A stretch of DNA of 32,000 nucleotides, from the NCBI GenBank assembly GCA_046350815.1, contig JAXLZO010000001.1:780001-812000 (forward strand). Reading direction: 5' to 3'. The DNA comes from Candidatus Saccharimonadota bacterium (GTDB taxonomy: Bacteria > Patescibacteriota > Gracilibacteria > BD1-5 > UBA2023). Below the pieces are notes generated by a model that saw only the letters and a program-made list of their open reading frames with translations, made no database searches and was not told where the DNA came from. Made by a program: the position numbers and the translations under genes. Below are positions 9,697-19,188 of this stretch, piece after piece (within the stretch, counting starts at the first letter, position 1; every line of letters starts with the position of its first letter).

Positions 9697-11859
9697 ATGA
9701 AATGGGTAATTTTTCTTACTTCTTCCATCGTCTCTGTTGTTTTTCTTTCTATGCTTCTTTTTTCTCAAAGAAATTGGCAGTATCCTATTGAAGTTTGGTC
9801 TCTCTACCGATGAAATGCACAAGTGACACAAGATGATATTGCTATTATAAGCATTGATAGCAAAACACTTTCATCTTTTACTACAACAAATCTTTCTTTT
9901 CTTCAATTATGATCTGATCAAGAACAGGTGATAGCTCGGACATTAAATATTTTGGAAAATTCATGAGTAAAGAATATCGCGATTGATATTATTTTTGCAA
10001 ATAAGTTTGAAAAAGAAAATAGGGGAAATCTCTATCCTATTGCAGATGTAATGAGAAAGTATAAAAATATTATTCTTGCTATGCGATCAGGTATTGGAGA
10101 ATTACCATGATGAGTAAATAGTGGTACTAATAAGACAGAAAGTGGTAATATTGACTGTGGAAATCATATAAAAACAATAAAAAAACAAATTATATCAGGA
10201 GTAGAGATTGAAGTAGAAGAAGGCGGCATTATGGAGTGCAAGGAAATGGATCAATGAAAAAAAGTACCATCATCTGATCGTGTTCATCCAAATGACACAT
10301 ATGATGGATTGCCATGGTGATTTATCAATCAGTCAAATGATGCTGGATATTCACTATTTAGACCAAAATGGCTTGCCGATGGTGATACAGTGGATACACA
10401 GAAACTCTATCCATCATTGTGATATGGATTGATCACTCTTTCAGGATCGAATCAAGATCCGCATTTATGAGTTATTGATCGATTCTCGTATTTTACCAAG
10501 TCAGATGGAACAAATGCCTACCCTATCTATAGTTTTATCGATGTTTATGAAGGGCGAATCCCAAAATGATTATTGGAAGGCAAGACTATATTTATTGGTG
10601 AGTCAGGAGAACTTCTTCATGATACGGTCAAATCTCCAATTAACGGTAGTGATATGCCATGAGTAGAGACTCATGCTCACTACTATGAGAGCTTGGAGCG
10701 TGGACTGATGCTTCATGATGCCCCTCTCTTTGCGAGTGTTCTTGGTATGATATTTCTTATTGTCACTATTTCTGCTTGTTTTGTCTTTTTCTCTGGTGTC
10801 TTGAGGGGGTGGGGGATAACACTCTTTTTGGCGATTATGTCAATATTTCTTGGACGATACCTTTTTGCACGATATCAAATTATTATCCCTATTGCTGTTA
10901 TCTTGCCGGTGATCGGATCAACAGGTTTTTTTGCATTTATCCTCAAATACATATTTATTGAACGTCAAAAAAATGCTATTCGCAAGGCATTTGGAAGATA
11001 TCTCGATGATCGTGTTGTTCGTGATATAGAGCGTCATGGTGGACTCGATCTCGGCAGCAAAGATGCTCAGATCGCAGTGATATTCTCGGATATTGAGAAT
11101 TTTAGCTCGTATTCCGAGCGACTCGGCACGAAAAAGATATTTGCCCTGATGTCTCTCTATCTCTCCAAGATGACCGAGATATTGCAGCAACATGGTGGTA
11201 CGCTTGATAAATATATTGGAGATGCCGTTATGGGATTTATCGGTGCTCCACTCGAGATGAGTCGAGAAGATGCATGTCAGAAGGCTTTTGCAATCGTATC
11301 AGAATGGCAAAATGCACTCCCGAATCTCAATCAAGAACTCTCAGAAAGAGGTTTACTCACAGCGCTTGATGGATCTACACTTCCTCCGATTCGATTTCGT
11401 GCTGGTATATCCTATGGAAATGCGATTGTCGGGAATATCGGATCAGAGGATCGTGTGAGTTATACTGCTATGGGTGATACAGTGAATCTTGCATCGAGAC
11501 TTGAAGCCATCAATAAATATTATGGAACATACCTCTGTATTGCTCAAAGTGCCTATGAATGACTCTCGGAAGAATGCAAAAATTCATGCATGCTTCTCGA
11601 TCGGATCAAAGTAAAAGGAAAAAATGAATGAGTAAATATCTATGAAATACTCACACCAGAGAGTGATATGAATACGCGAACTGCATACAAAGAAGCGATG
11701 AACAAATATTTTGCACACGTGCATAATGACGCAAAAATTCTGCTTGAATCGATTGAAACGAGATTTATAGCTGCAGGTTTTATTCTCAAGCGATACAGAG
11801 AAGAAGAATATCAAAAGAGAGTAGGGGAGGATGGAACATTCGAATTTCATGAAAAGTAA
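9697..11859 (+). CDS. CHASE2 sensor domain-containing class III adenylate/guanylate cyclase (720 aa)
   Basis: Frame-1 ORF from ATG 9697 (GGAG 6 nt upstream) through 13 in-frame TGA to TAA 11857-11859. Layout is an N-terminal TM segment, an extracytoplasmic region, a TM cluster, then the cyclase core IAVIFSDIENFS..GGTLDKYIGDAVMGFIGAP..RAGISYGNAIVGNIGS..YTAMGDTVNLASRLE. Confidence 0.85.
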
Positions 11860-12370
11860 GATAGCTCCCCCTAGCCCCCTCGTTGAAGGGGAACAGGGCA
11901 AAAGAGATTTCTTGTTGGGTAAGATTTTGTATTCTATCCCCTTGATAAGGGGGACAAAAGGGGGTTTGCATTCTTCCCCTCTTGAGGGGTGGCACGCAGT
12001 GACGGGGTGGATGTATTCCCGTATCCTCTTTGGTGATAACTCCTTATACAAGGGATATCTCCATACGTCGATATGACAAATACAGAATGCAAAGAGGACA
12101 AAATCACTACTCCCTCAGCAAGGATGACAAAATATATTTCTAGGACTAAGTGGAGGTAGTATTTCTTCCCCGAGGGGTGCCGTAGAGGCTGTTGGTGCGA
12201 CCGAAGGAAGTCCAGCGAAGTGCACAGTCGCACTGAGTCGGGGGATTGTATTTGAGAAAAGTTAAGGAAGATCCTGAATCAAGTTCAGGATGACAGAATT
12301 AATGCAACTCCTCCTTATTTTTGTTGTCCTGTTCCCCCTCGTTGAGGGGGCTAGGGGGAGTTGTAGTTTT
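11860..12370. repeat. mosaic palindromic repeat cluster D
   Basis: Shares modules with clusters A and C. TTCTTCCCCTCTTGAGGGGTG..GGGGTGGATGTATT (11971-12017) matches 2021-2063. The GCGACC..GAAGTCCAGCGA..GAGTCGGGGGA unit (12194-12246) is also present. Includes 28-nt hairpin copy 4. Confidence 0.8.
12267..12294 (+). repeat. 28-nt hairpin repeat, copy 4
   Basis: Exact copy, downstream of the cyclase gene. Confidence 0.85.
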
Positions 12371-12451
12371 CTCCAATATATGAGATCTTTCCTTTGTTTG
12401 ATATATTGGTACAATATCTTCTGACAATTGAAAGAAAGAAGGGGGATTGTC

Positions 12452-12553
12452 ATGGGTAAATTCATTCTATTCATTATTCTGTTGTGCATTTGGCCACCAC
12501 TTGGAATTGCATATCTCATCTGGCTTGCATTCTTTAAAAAGTCCTCCGAGTGA
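12452..12553 (+). CDS. small hydrophobic protein (33 aa if UGA terminates; 54 aa to TAG 12614-12616 under table 25)
   Basis: Strong SD AAGGGGG 6 nt before ATG 12452. Sequence MGKFILFIILLCIWPPLGIAYLIWLAFFKKSSE. The TGA at 12551-12553 sits inside a terminator hairpin. Confidence 0.45.
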   Translation: MGKFILFIILLCIWPPLGIAYLIWLAFFKKSSE

Positions 12554-12568
12554 GGACTTTTGCTTTTC
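12538..12568 (+). terminator. intrinsic terminator
   Basis: AAAGTCCTC (12538-12546), loop CGAGT, GAGGACTTT (12552-12560), then TTTTGCTTTT. Confidence 0.6.
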
Positions 12569-12727
12569 AAATCAAAAAGAGCGAGAATATTTGCGCTTTT
12601 GTTATGAGTATGCTAGGATAATAGAGGGTTCCCCATTTTCACAGGATATTTATTGTAAAAAATGAATATCACACTTCAATAAAGATGCTCATCGTAAGGA
12701 ATGAGTATCATCTTCGAGGGTTTGACC

Positions 12728-13105
12728 ATGAAAGCATTGAAATTTATTCTTGTTTTTCTCCTTGGTGTTGTCGCCGGTGTTGTAGGGTTGTTCTTCGTTT
12801 TGGCGTTTAGTGATGAATCTCAAAATGTTGATACGAAGCCGGTAACGACGGCTATATCAGTCAAGCAGGAGGCTTGCTTGATGAGCGCTGCTGAACAAGC
12901 TCGGGATATCTATAACGAACTTGCTGTGCGTCGCGGCAACATCGGTACGAAAATGGAGTTTAAGCGTGTTAGTCAAAAAGAGCTGGCAGTAGAAGATGCA
13001 GTTAGCCAAAAGCTCTACGCTCTTGCTGGTTCCTTTATGGAGCCGTGCATTGTGTATGAGGAACCTGTGAAGCTGGATCGCACTGTCCTCGCGGACATTC
13101 GCTGA
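12728..13105 (+). CDS. hypothetical signal-anchored protein (125 aa; the longest ORF starts at 12701)
   Basis: SD GAGGG 7 nt before ATG 12728. N-terminus MKALKFILVFLLGVVAGVVGLFFVLAF. The only nearby stop is TGA 13103-13105. Under table 25 the frame runs to TAG near 13280, crossing a terminator and the next gene's start. Confidence 0.5.
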   Translation: MKALKFILVFLLGVVAGVVGLFFVLAFSDESQNVDTKPVTTAISVKQEACLMSAAEQARDIYNELAVRRGNIGTKMEFKRVSQKELAVEDAVSQKLYALAGSFMEPCIVYEEPVKLDRTVLADIR

Positions 13106-13124
13106 TTCTGCTCACTCCCATTGA

Positions 13125-13153
13125 GACTCGCATGAAAGTGTGGGTCTTTTTTT
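13125..13153 (+). terminator. intrinsic terminator
   Basis: GACTCGCA, loop TGAAAG, TGTGGGTC (8 bp including 2 G-U pairs), followed by T7 at 13147-13153. Confidence 0.6.
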
Positions 13154-13218
13154 GACTTTGTATGTAAAATATGGTCTACTGATAACGTGATGTATTGAGA
13201 AAATAAAAGGGGGTATAT

Positions 13219-13425
13219 ATGTCATTCCTCACAGCTCTGATTGCTCTGATTGTTGGAGTGATCGCCTTTGTGTTGATAGTGAGAGTATTTGTCTTTTTGA
13301 TAAAACCTCTCATACATTGCTTTATCTTTGGGATTTTGGTAATGGTTCATCCATGGCTTGGTGCGATATATTTGTTATGCATTGTATATCTCATTATTCG
13401 GTGGATCATCAAAAAGCTCTCTTAA
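13219..13425 (+). CDS. small two-TM hydrophobic protein (68 aa)
   Basis: SD AAGGGGG 5 nt before the ATG. Intact ORF ending in TAA, which lies in the loop of a hairpin. Confidence 0.55.
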   Translation: MSFLTALIALIVGVIAFVLIVRVFVFLIKPLIHCFIFGILVMVHPWLGAIYLLCIVYLIIRWIIKKLS

Positions 13426-13440
13426 GGGAGCTTTTGCTTG
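13414..13440 (+). terminator. hairpin terminator candidate
   Basis: AAGCTCTC, loop TTAA, GGGAGCTT, followed by TTTGCTTG. Confidence 0.45.
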
Positions 13441-13531
13441 CAAAAAGAGAATTTTCTCTATAATAACGACGTCTTAATGACATGGGAGCTTCACCTTTTA
13501 TGAAGCGTTTGTACCAAGTAATTTCTTTTTT

Positions 13532-14218
13532 ATGGCTTTTCACGGCAAAAAATACCGCAAAGCGGTCGAGCTCGTAGATCGAACTCGTAAATATTCTCTC
13601 GAAGAGGCAGTATCTCTTCTTGAACGAACAAACACTGTTAAATTTGATCCAACTGTTGAGATCCACTTCAATCTCGCTATTGATCCAAAATACGCTGATC
13701 AAATGGTTCGCTCAACTCTTACTCTTCCTCATGGAACTGGTAAAGCTCCGAAAATTGGTGTATTCACTGAACAAGGAAACGAAAAAGAGCTCATGGCACT
13801 CGGTGCGGTGATTGCTGGTGGTGATGATCTTATCGATCGTGTTGCTGGTGGAGAGATCGGGTTTGATGTTGCGATCGCTACCCCAAATATGATGAAGAAA
13901 ATGGGTAAGGTTGCTCGTGTTCTCGGTCCAAAAGGTCTCATGCCAAATCCAAAGGCAGGTACGGTTGGTGAGAATCTTGAGGCAATCGTAGCAGAACTCA
14001 TGGCTGGTAAATTTGAATTCAAGAATGATAAGCAAGGAAATGTTCACTCGGTTGTAGGAAAACTTTCATTTGGTCAGGATAAGGTTCGTGAAAATATCAC
14101 TGCATTTATTGCAAAGATTCGTGAAGTGAAACCGGCAGGTATCAAGGGTGGTCAGTATATCAACACTGTTTTTGTGGCAAATGCCATGGGTCCTGGAATT
14201 CAAATCAGTATTGACTAG
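13532..14218 (+). CDS. rplA: 50S ribosomal protein L1
   Basis: Intact 228-aa ORF with typical L1 sequence: KFDPTVEIHFNLAIDPKYADQMVR..LPHGTGK..DVAIATPNMMKKMGKVARVLGPKGLMPNPKAGTV. Stop is TAG. Confidence 0.95.
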   Translation: MAFHGKKYRKAVELVDRTRKYSLEEAVSLLERTNTVKFDPTVEIHFNLAIDPKYADQMVRSTLTLPHGTGKAPKIGVFTEQGNEKELMALGAVIAGGDDLIDRVAGGEIGFDVAIATPNMMKKMGKVARVLGPKGLMPNPKAGTVGENLEAIVAELMAGKFEFKNDKQGNVHSVVGKLSFGQDKVRENITAFIAKIREVKPAGIKGGQYINTVFVANAMGPGIQISID

Positions 14219-14242
14219 TACGGAGAAATAAACAAGTTTTTG

Positions 14243-14271
14243 AAAATATCACAGTAATGTGGTATTTTTTT
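14243..14271 (+). terminator. intrinsic terminator after rplA
   Basis: AAAATATCAC, loop AGTAAT, GTGGTATTTT with one G-U pair, then a T-run. Confidence 0.5.
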
Positions 14272-14313
14272 GAACAAGAAATAGACATTCTTTTATCTTT
14301 TTGTACACAAAAT

Positions 14314-14341
14314 TTGATACCCGTTTCATATTGCTTATAAT
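14314..14341 (+). promoter_or_regulatory. sigma70-like promoter candidate (TTGATA-16 nt-TATAAT)
   Basis: -35 at 14314-14319 and -10 at 14336-14341, upstream of ftsA. Confidence 0.4.
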
Positions 14342-14456
14342 ACGCTTGTTCTTGAGACGGAGAATAGAGCCGAGTAAATGAATATTTCCTTTGTAAAAGC
14401 TCAGTATCTCGTACTCAATTTGTATACAATTTATTATCCATTCTGTGAACAATGAA

Positions 14457-15674
14457 ATGATCGCAGCCATAGATGTTGGCTCTTCGCGTATCAAAGCTAT
14501 GATCGCTACATTTAGTGAATCTGGCAGTATGCGAGTTCTGGGTGTTGGGACGATACCTTCACATGGTATCCGACGATGATCCGTTATGGATATGGAAGAG
14601 TTTAAGAAAGACATTGATGCTGTTCTCTCTGAGGCAGAGAAGATGACTGGTACTACGCCCGTAGGGCTGGTGACTATCGGTGTCTCTGGTTCACACATCG
14701 AGTGCTTTGAATGATCCGGAACGATAGCTATTCCGACTGGGGAAGTGGGTGAGGATGATATTCATCGCGCTCTCGATATTTCAACAACAGGTTTGGATGT
14801 TGCGAATCGTGAGATACTCAAAGTGATGCCTCGTCATTATATGATTAATATGGTTGACGAGATCAAAAATCCACTCGGTATGGCCGCCAAGAATCTTGAG
14901 TCATCGACTCAAATATTCACCGGATCACGAAATATACTCGGCAATATTCGCAAAGGTATCGGTGATGTTGGTGTTGAAGTGCTCGATGTTATCCCGAATA
15001 TTATTGCATCACCTGAGGCAATCCTCGGGAGCCGACAAAAAGAGCTTGGGGTTGTAGCAGTTGATATTGGTCATGCAGCAACCAATATGAGCGTCTATGA
15101 AAATGGAGCTCTCCTTTATTCCGCAGTCATTCCTATTGGGGGTGAGCATGTGACTTCTGATATTGCCATTGGTCTACGTATCTCGATTGATCTTGCGGAA
15201 CGAGTAAAAATTGAGAATGCGAATGTGGGTCTAAATACAGGCGATCAGCCTGATATAGAAATCGATCTCTCAAAATTGAGTAAAGCCGAAGATCAGATTG
15301 TATCTCAATCATATATTTCTGAGATTGCTCGCGCTCGCTATGAAGAGATACTTTTTCATATATCCAATAATCTTCGAAATATTGGTAAAGATGGCATGCT
15401 TCCTGAAGGTGTTGTACTCCTCGGTGGTGGTGCAAAGATGCGAGGTCTTATTGATTTGACCAAAGCCCGCATGCGTCTTCCAGCAAGTCTTTGAGTACCT
15501 CGATCAGAAGAATTTATTGCTGGTACATCGATTGCAGATCCATCCTATGCTTCACTTCTTGGAGTAATTATTCTCTCTCGTAAGTACGCACGACAATCCA
15601 ATAAAAAAGTATCATTTCAATTTGATAGCTGGATGCAATCAGCAAAATCTCTTTTTTCTAAACTTCTTCCATAA
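14457..15674 (+). CDS. ftsA: cell division protein FtsA
   Basis: Frame 3 from ATG 14457 ([15 protein letters not shown]..) across 3 in-frame TGA, through the 14745..15494 fragment, to TAA 15672-15674. Actin-like motifs [16 protein letters not shown] and [14 protein letters not shown]. An in-frame GTG at 14445 is an alternative start. Confidence 0.9.
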
Positions 15675-15685
15675 TTTCTCTCTGT

Positions 15686-17017
15686 ATGTCTCCTCATAAA
15701 AAAACAGACGATCGCCTTCGTAGTATCCTTCTCAAGGATTCTTCTTCATCACGCTCTGGAGTGGAAGAAGTGATCTTCGAAGGTCATATTTCCCCAGTAG
15801 CAAAGATCAAAGTTATTGGTGCGGGTGGTGCTGGTGTCAATACGATCAATCGTATGATTGCATCAGGATATGAAGGTGTAGAGTTTATTGCAGTTAACAC
15901 TGACGCTCAGGCCCTCTATTCTTCCCAAGCACCACTCAAACTTAATATTGGACGTCAAACTACTCGTGGACTTGGTGCTGGTGCGAATCCAGAAATTGGA
16001 AAGAAAGCAGCGGAAGAATCTACCGAAGAAATTACCGAAGCACTCAGATGAGCTGATATGGTCTTTATTACTGGTGGGCTCGGCGGCGGTACCGGTACAG
16101 GTTCTATGCCAGTGATCGCGGAGATTGCAAAAGGTCTTGGTGCTCTCGTTGTCGGCGTTGTAACAAAACCTTTTACTTTTGAGTGAAATCGTCGTTCTAT
16201 GATTGCGCTTGATGGTTATGAGCGTCTCAAGGAAAAGGTAGATACTCTCATTACAATTCCAAATGATAGAATTCTTTCTATTATTGATAGAAAAACTCCT
16301 CTTCTTGATGCTTTTGGTATCGTTGATAATGTTCTTAACCAAGGTGTACAAGGAGTGTCTGACCTGATTACTCTTCAAGGTCTTATTAATGTCGACTTTG
16401 CAGATGTGCGTTCTGTTATGGCTGATGCTGGTACGGCTCTCATGGGTATCGGGTACGGATCTGGAGAAAATCGTGCGACAGAAGCGGCTCAACAAGCTAT
16501 CGACTCACCACTTCTCGAGCATTCTATTGGTGGAGCTCGAGGTCTCCTCTTCACGATTACTGGTGGACAGGATCTCTCTATGATGGAGGTTGAAGAGGCC
16601 GCTCGTATTATCACTCAGGCAGCTGACCCAGAGGCAAATATTATCTTCGGTGCAACGATCAATGATGACTATGCAGGTGAGATGAAGATTACTGTGGTAG
16701 CAACTGGTTTTGATATGCAATCAAAGAGCGATGCCTATGGTAACGGTTACAATAATAATACACGTTGATACAGTCGGCCAAGTACATCATCATCTCCTTT
16801 TACGAACACATCAAGACCAACAAGGGTCGATGTAGCTCCATCACAGGTGATGCAAGCCCCGACTCAACAGAATCACATTCAACCTTCTGTATCTCAATGA
16901 TTTGGTTCAGTACGGCCAGCAGGACAGTTTGCGGGGCAGGGAGTTCAAACTTCCATACCGGACCCTCAGGGAAATGATATTCCAGCATTTGTGCGGGCAA
17001 AAATGAATCAGAAATAA
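15686..17017 (+). CDS. ftsZ: cell division protein FtsZ
   Basis: Frame-2 fragments join across 4 in-frame TGA. It reads [17 protein letters not shown] and ..[29 protein letters not shown]. The C-terminus [13 protein letters not shown] is followed by TAA at 17015-17017. Confidence 0.95.
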
Positions 17018-17018
17018 G

Positions 17019-17047
17019 AAAAAATCCGGGAATCCCTGGATTTTTTC
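17019..17047 (+). terminator. intrinsic terminator after ftsZ
   Basis: AAAAAATCCGGG, loop AAT, CCCTGGATTTTTT (stem with one bulge) plus a T-run. Confidence 0.6.
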
Positions 17048-17076
17048 TTATTGAACACTCTTTCTCAGGCTTTCGC

Positions 17077-17104
17077 TTGCGAAAAAAGGCTTTTTCCATA
17101 TACT
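17077..17104 (+). promoter_or_regulatory. sigma70-like promoter candidate for the atp operon (TTGCGA-16 nt-TATACT)
   Basis: -35 at 17077-17082 and -10 at 17099-17104. Confidence 0.4.
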
Positions 17105-17137
17105 CCATCCGAATTTTTCGATTTTCTACGTTTCGTT

Positions 17138-18037
17138 ATGTCCGCCCAATCTACACTTGTAACCTCTACCAATTCCATGGAAGGGTCAATCAGTCAAACA
17201 TCACACGAACCAAGCGGACTTCATATCCCCCATATGAAGTGAGAAGTTATTCATGATTGGAATATTCCATTCACAGATATAGCTATTACAAATACCATAT
17301 TTTCGACTTGGTTGTTTATGGGATTTTTATTTCTTCTCGTTGTTTGTGTACAGATTGCAATGAGAACAAGTCTTTTTCCACGACTTCGAACATGTGTTTT
17401 GTCTGTTGTAGAAGGCATGCGATGATATACACATGGATACTTTGTATCACCAGCAAAGACACAAGATATTCGAATGGTTCGACTTTCACAAATGTTGTTT
17501 CCTCTTCTCTCAGGAGCGTTTCTCTTCGTGTTGCTTGCAAATCTTTTTTCGCTTCTATTGGATTGGATGGTGCTTGTATCAAAAGATCATTCTCTTGCAC
17601 ACTACCTTCGCCCTATTAATAGTGATCTCAATACAACACTTGCATTGGCACTTATAACAATCATCATATCTCAGATCATCGCATTTCGTTTCCGATGACC
17701 TCTTGTGCATCTTGGGTCATACTTTGCAAATTTTCATGGTCATGGTGCTATGGAACGTTGCGTGAATTTCTTTGTAGGAATCCTCCACTTTATAGGAGAG
17801 TTCTCACGAGTACTCTGACTCTCGATGCGTCTCTTCGGTAACATATTTGCAGGAGTTGTGCTCATCTCTGTGATGTCGTATCTCACAACAAAAATCGCAG
17901 TTGGCTCGATCTACATAGGGCAGATTCTCGTTCTCCCATTTTGGTTATTTGAAGTATTCGTTGCGTGCATCCAGGCCTACATATTCTATACACTTATGCA
18001 CGTATATTTTCAAGAATCATCACAAACTTCTCATTAA
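17138..18037 (+). CDS. atpB: F0F1 ATP synthase subunit a
   Basis: Frame-2 fragments (17474..17698, 17825..18037) join across 4 in-frame TGA. C-terminus reads L-G-LSMRLFGNIFAGVVL..LPFWLFEVFVACIQAYIFYTL. The start is placed at the first ATG after the promoter and is uncertain. Stop is TAA. Confidence 0.85.
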
Positions 18038-18127
18038 TTTAATGGTAGCGATGCGTAGAGCTCTTATGAGTGTTTACGCCCCCTGCTCTTAAGTAGGTTT
18101 TGATTTTTACCTCCTTTTTTTCTTCTT

Positions 18128-18343
18128 ATGGATACTAATCTTGCAATGGCTCTCGCTTACGGTATCGGTGCAATTGGCCCTGGTATTGGTATTGGTCTTA
18201 TTGGTCTTGGTGCACTCAATGCACTTGGTCGCAATCCAAGCGCAGGTTCTGAAATTCAAAAACTTATGATTCTTGCTATCGCATTCGCGGAAGCGCTTGC
18301 CATCTTTGCTCTCGTTATTGCACTTATCATTCGATTTGCCTAA
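18128..18343 (+). CDS. atpE: F0F1 ATP synthase subunit c
   Basis: Intact 71-aa ORF: GIGPGIGIGLIGLGALNALGRNP..AFAEALAIFALVIALII. Confidence 0.95.
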   Translation: MDTNLAMALAYGIGAIGPGIGIGLIGLGALNALGRNPSAGSEIQKLMILAIAFAEALAIFALVIALIIRFA

Positions 18344-18393
18344 TTTTGGAATAGATCTTTATTGTTTTTTGCTTTCTTTAGTACTTGTTTTGT

Positions 18394-18870
18394 ATGAACG
18401 AATTTGTTGATCTCTGAACGCTCGCTATACAATCGATCAATCTTTTTATCGTATTTGTAGTCCTCTATAAATTTGTATGGAAACCAGCGATGGTCTATCT
18501 TGATAAAGAAATGATTGCACGTCGAGAACTGGAATCTCTTCACAAGGATATGCAGTCAATGCGTGATAATGTAGCGCTCGAATCGTCGAATCTGCTCGAC
18601 CAAGCGCGTCATGATGCAAAGCAGATTCGATCTCAGTCAGAACTGCTCGCAAATCAAGAGCGAGAGGCTATTTTAGCGATAGCTCAAGTAGAGGCAGATC
18701 GGATCAAAGAACAAGCACTCCAAGATTCACTTCGATCACAAACATCTATGGAACAAGAGATGAAATCAAAGATCGTTCAGGTGGCACTTGCGCTCAATCA
18801 GAAGCTCTTTGGTTCTACTTCTGATGCACACAAAGATCTTATTGTATCCAACATTCCAAATAATAAGTAG
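18394..18870 (+). CDS. atpF: F0F1 ATP synthase subunit b
   Basis: ATG 18394, one in-frame TGA, TM segment TLAIQSINLFIVFVVLYKFVWKP, then a long charged helix (the 18490..18870 fragment). Stop is TAG. Confidence 0.75.
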
Positions 18871-18873
18871 TGT

Positions 18874-19179
18874 ATGAAAAAAGATCTTTCAAAACGACTT
18901 TTTGAACTTAAGCTCTTACGAAAAGCCTATAAATCATTGGGGAATCGTGCAAAAAATCTCTCAGATCCAATGAATGTTCGTTTGGAGTACCCAGAACATA
19001 TGACTCTCAAAGCACGAGATGAGATCATGGCGCTATTAACAGAAAAGTATCATCTTGATGCCGAGACTACTTTTTTACCTCGACCTCATCTTACGGGAGG
19101 TGTTCGATTGTTCGTTGGAGACAAACTGCTTGATGTGAGTTTCGAACAAATGAAGCAAAAATTCATTCCTATCCATTAA
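18874..19179 (+). CDS. atpH: short F0F1 ATP synthase subunit delta-like protein (101 aa)
   Basis: Sits between atpF and atpA. The C-terminal GGVRLFVGDKLLDVSFEQ resembles the OSCP/delta C-terminus. It is much shorter than typical delta subunits. Confidence 0.6.
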   Translation: MKKDLSKRLFELKLLRKAYKSLGNRAKNLSDPMNVRLEYPEHMTLKARDEIMALLTEKYHLDAETTFLPRPHLTGGVRLFVGDKLLDVSFEQMKQKFIPIH

Positions 19180-19188
19180 TTCTTTTGT

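Noticed and set aside
1600-12294. CRISPR array built from the identical 28-nt palindromic repeat
   Set aside because: The four copies are 1.2 to 6.6 kb apart and separated by genes, not by regular 25-40-nt spacers. No cas genes are present.
13465-13531. rplA 5' leader as an L1-binding autoregulatory structure (contains GGGAG and a CTTCA..TGAAG hairpin)
   Set aside because: I cannot demonstrate similarity to the L1 rRNA/mRNA binding site from sequence alone. It is kept only as a suggestion under the rplA finding.
15863-16495. 210-aa minus-strand ORF
   Set aside because: It is antisense to ftsZ, whose identity is unambiguous.
17051-17137. Using ATG 17051 (start of listed ORF 17051-17242) as the atpB start
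   Set aside because: It would begin inside the tail of the ftsZ terminator and upstream of the promoter-like TTGCGA..TATACT. The first ATG after that promoter (17138) is more plausible, though still uncertain.
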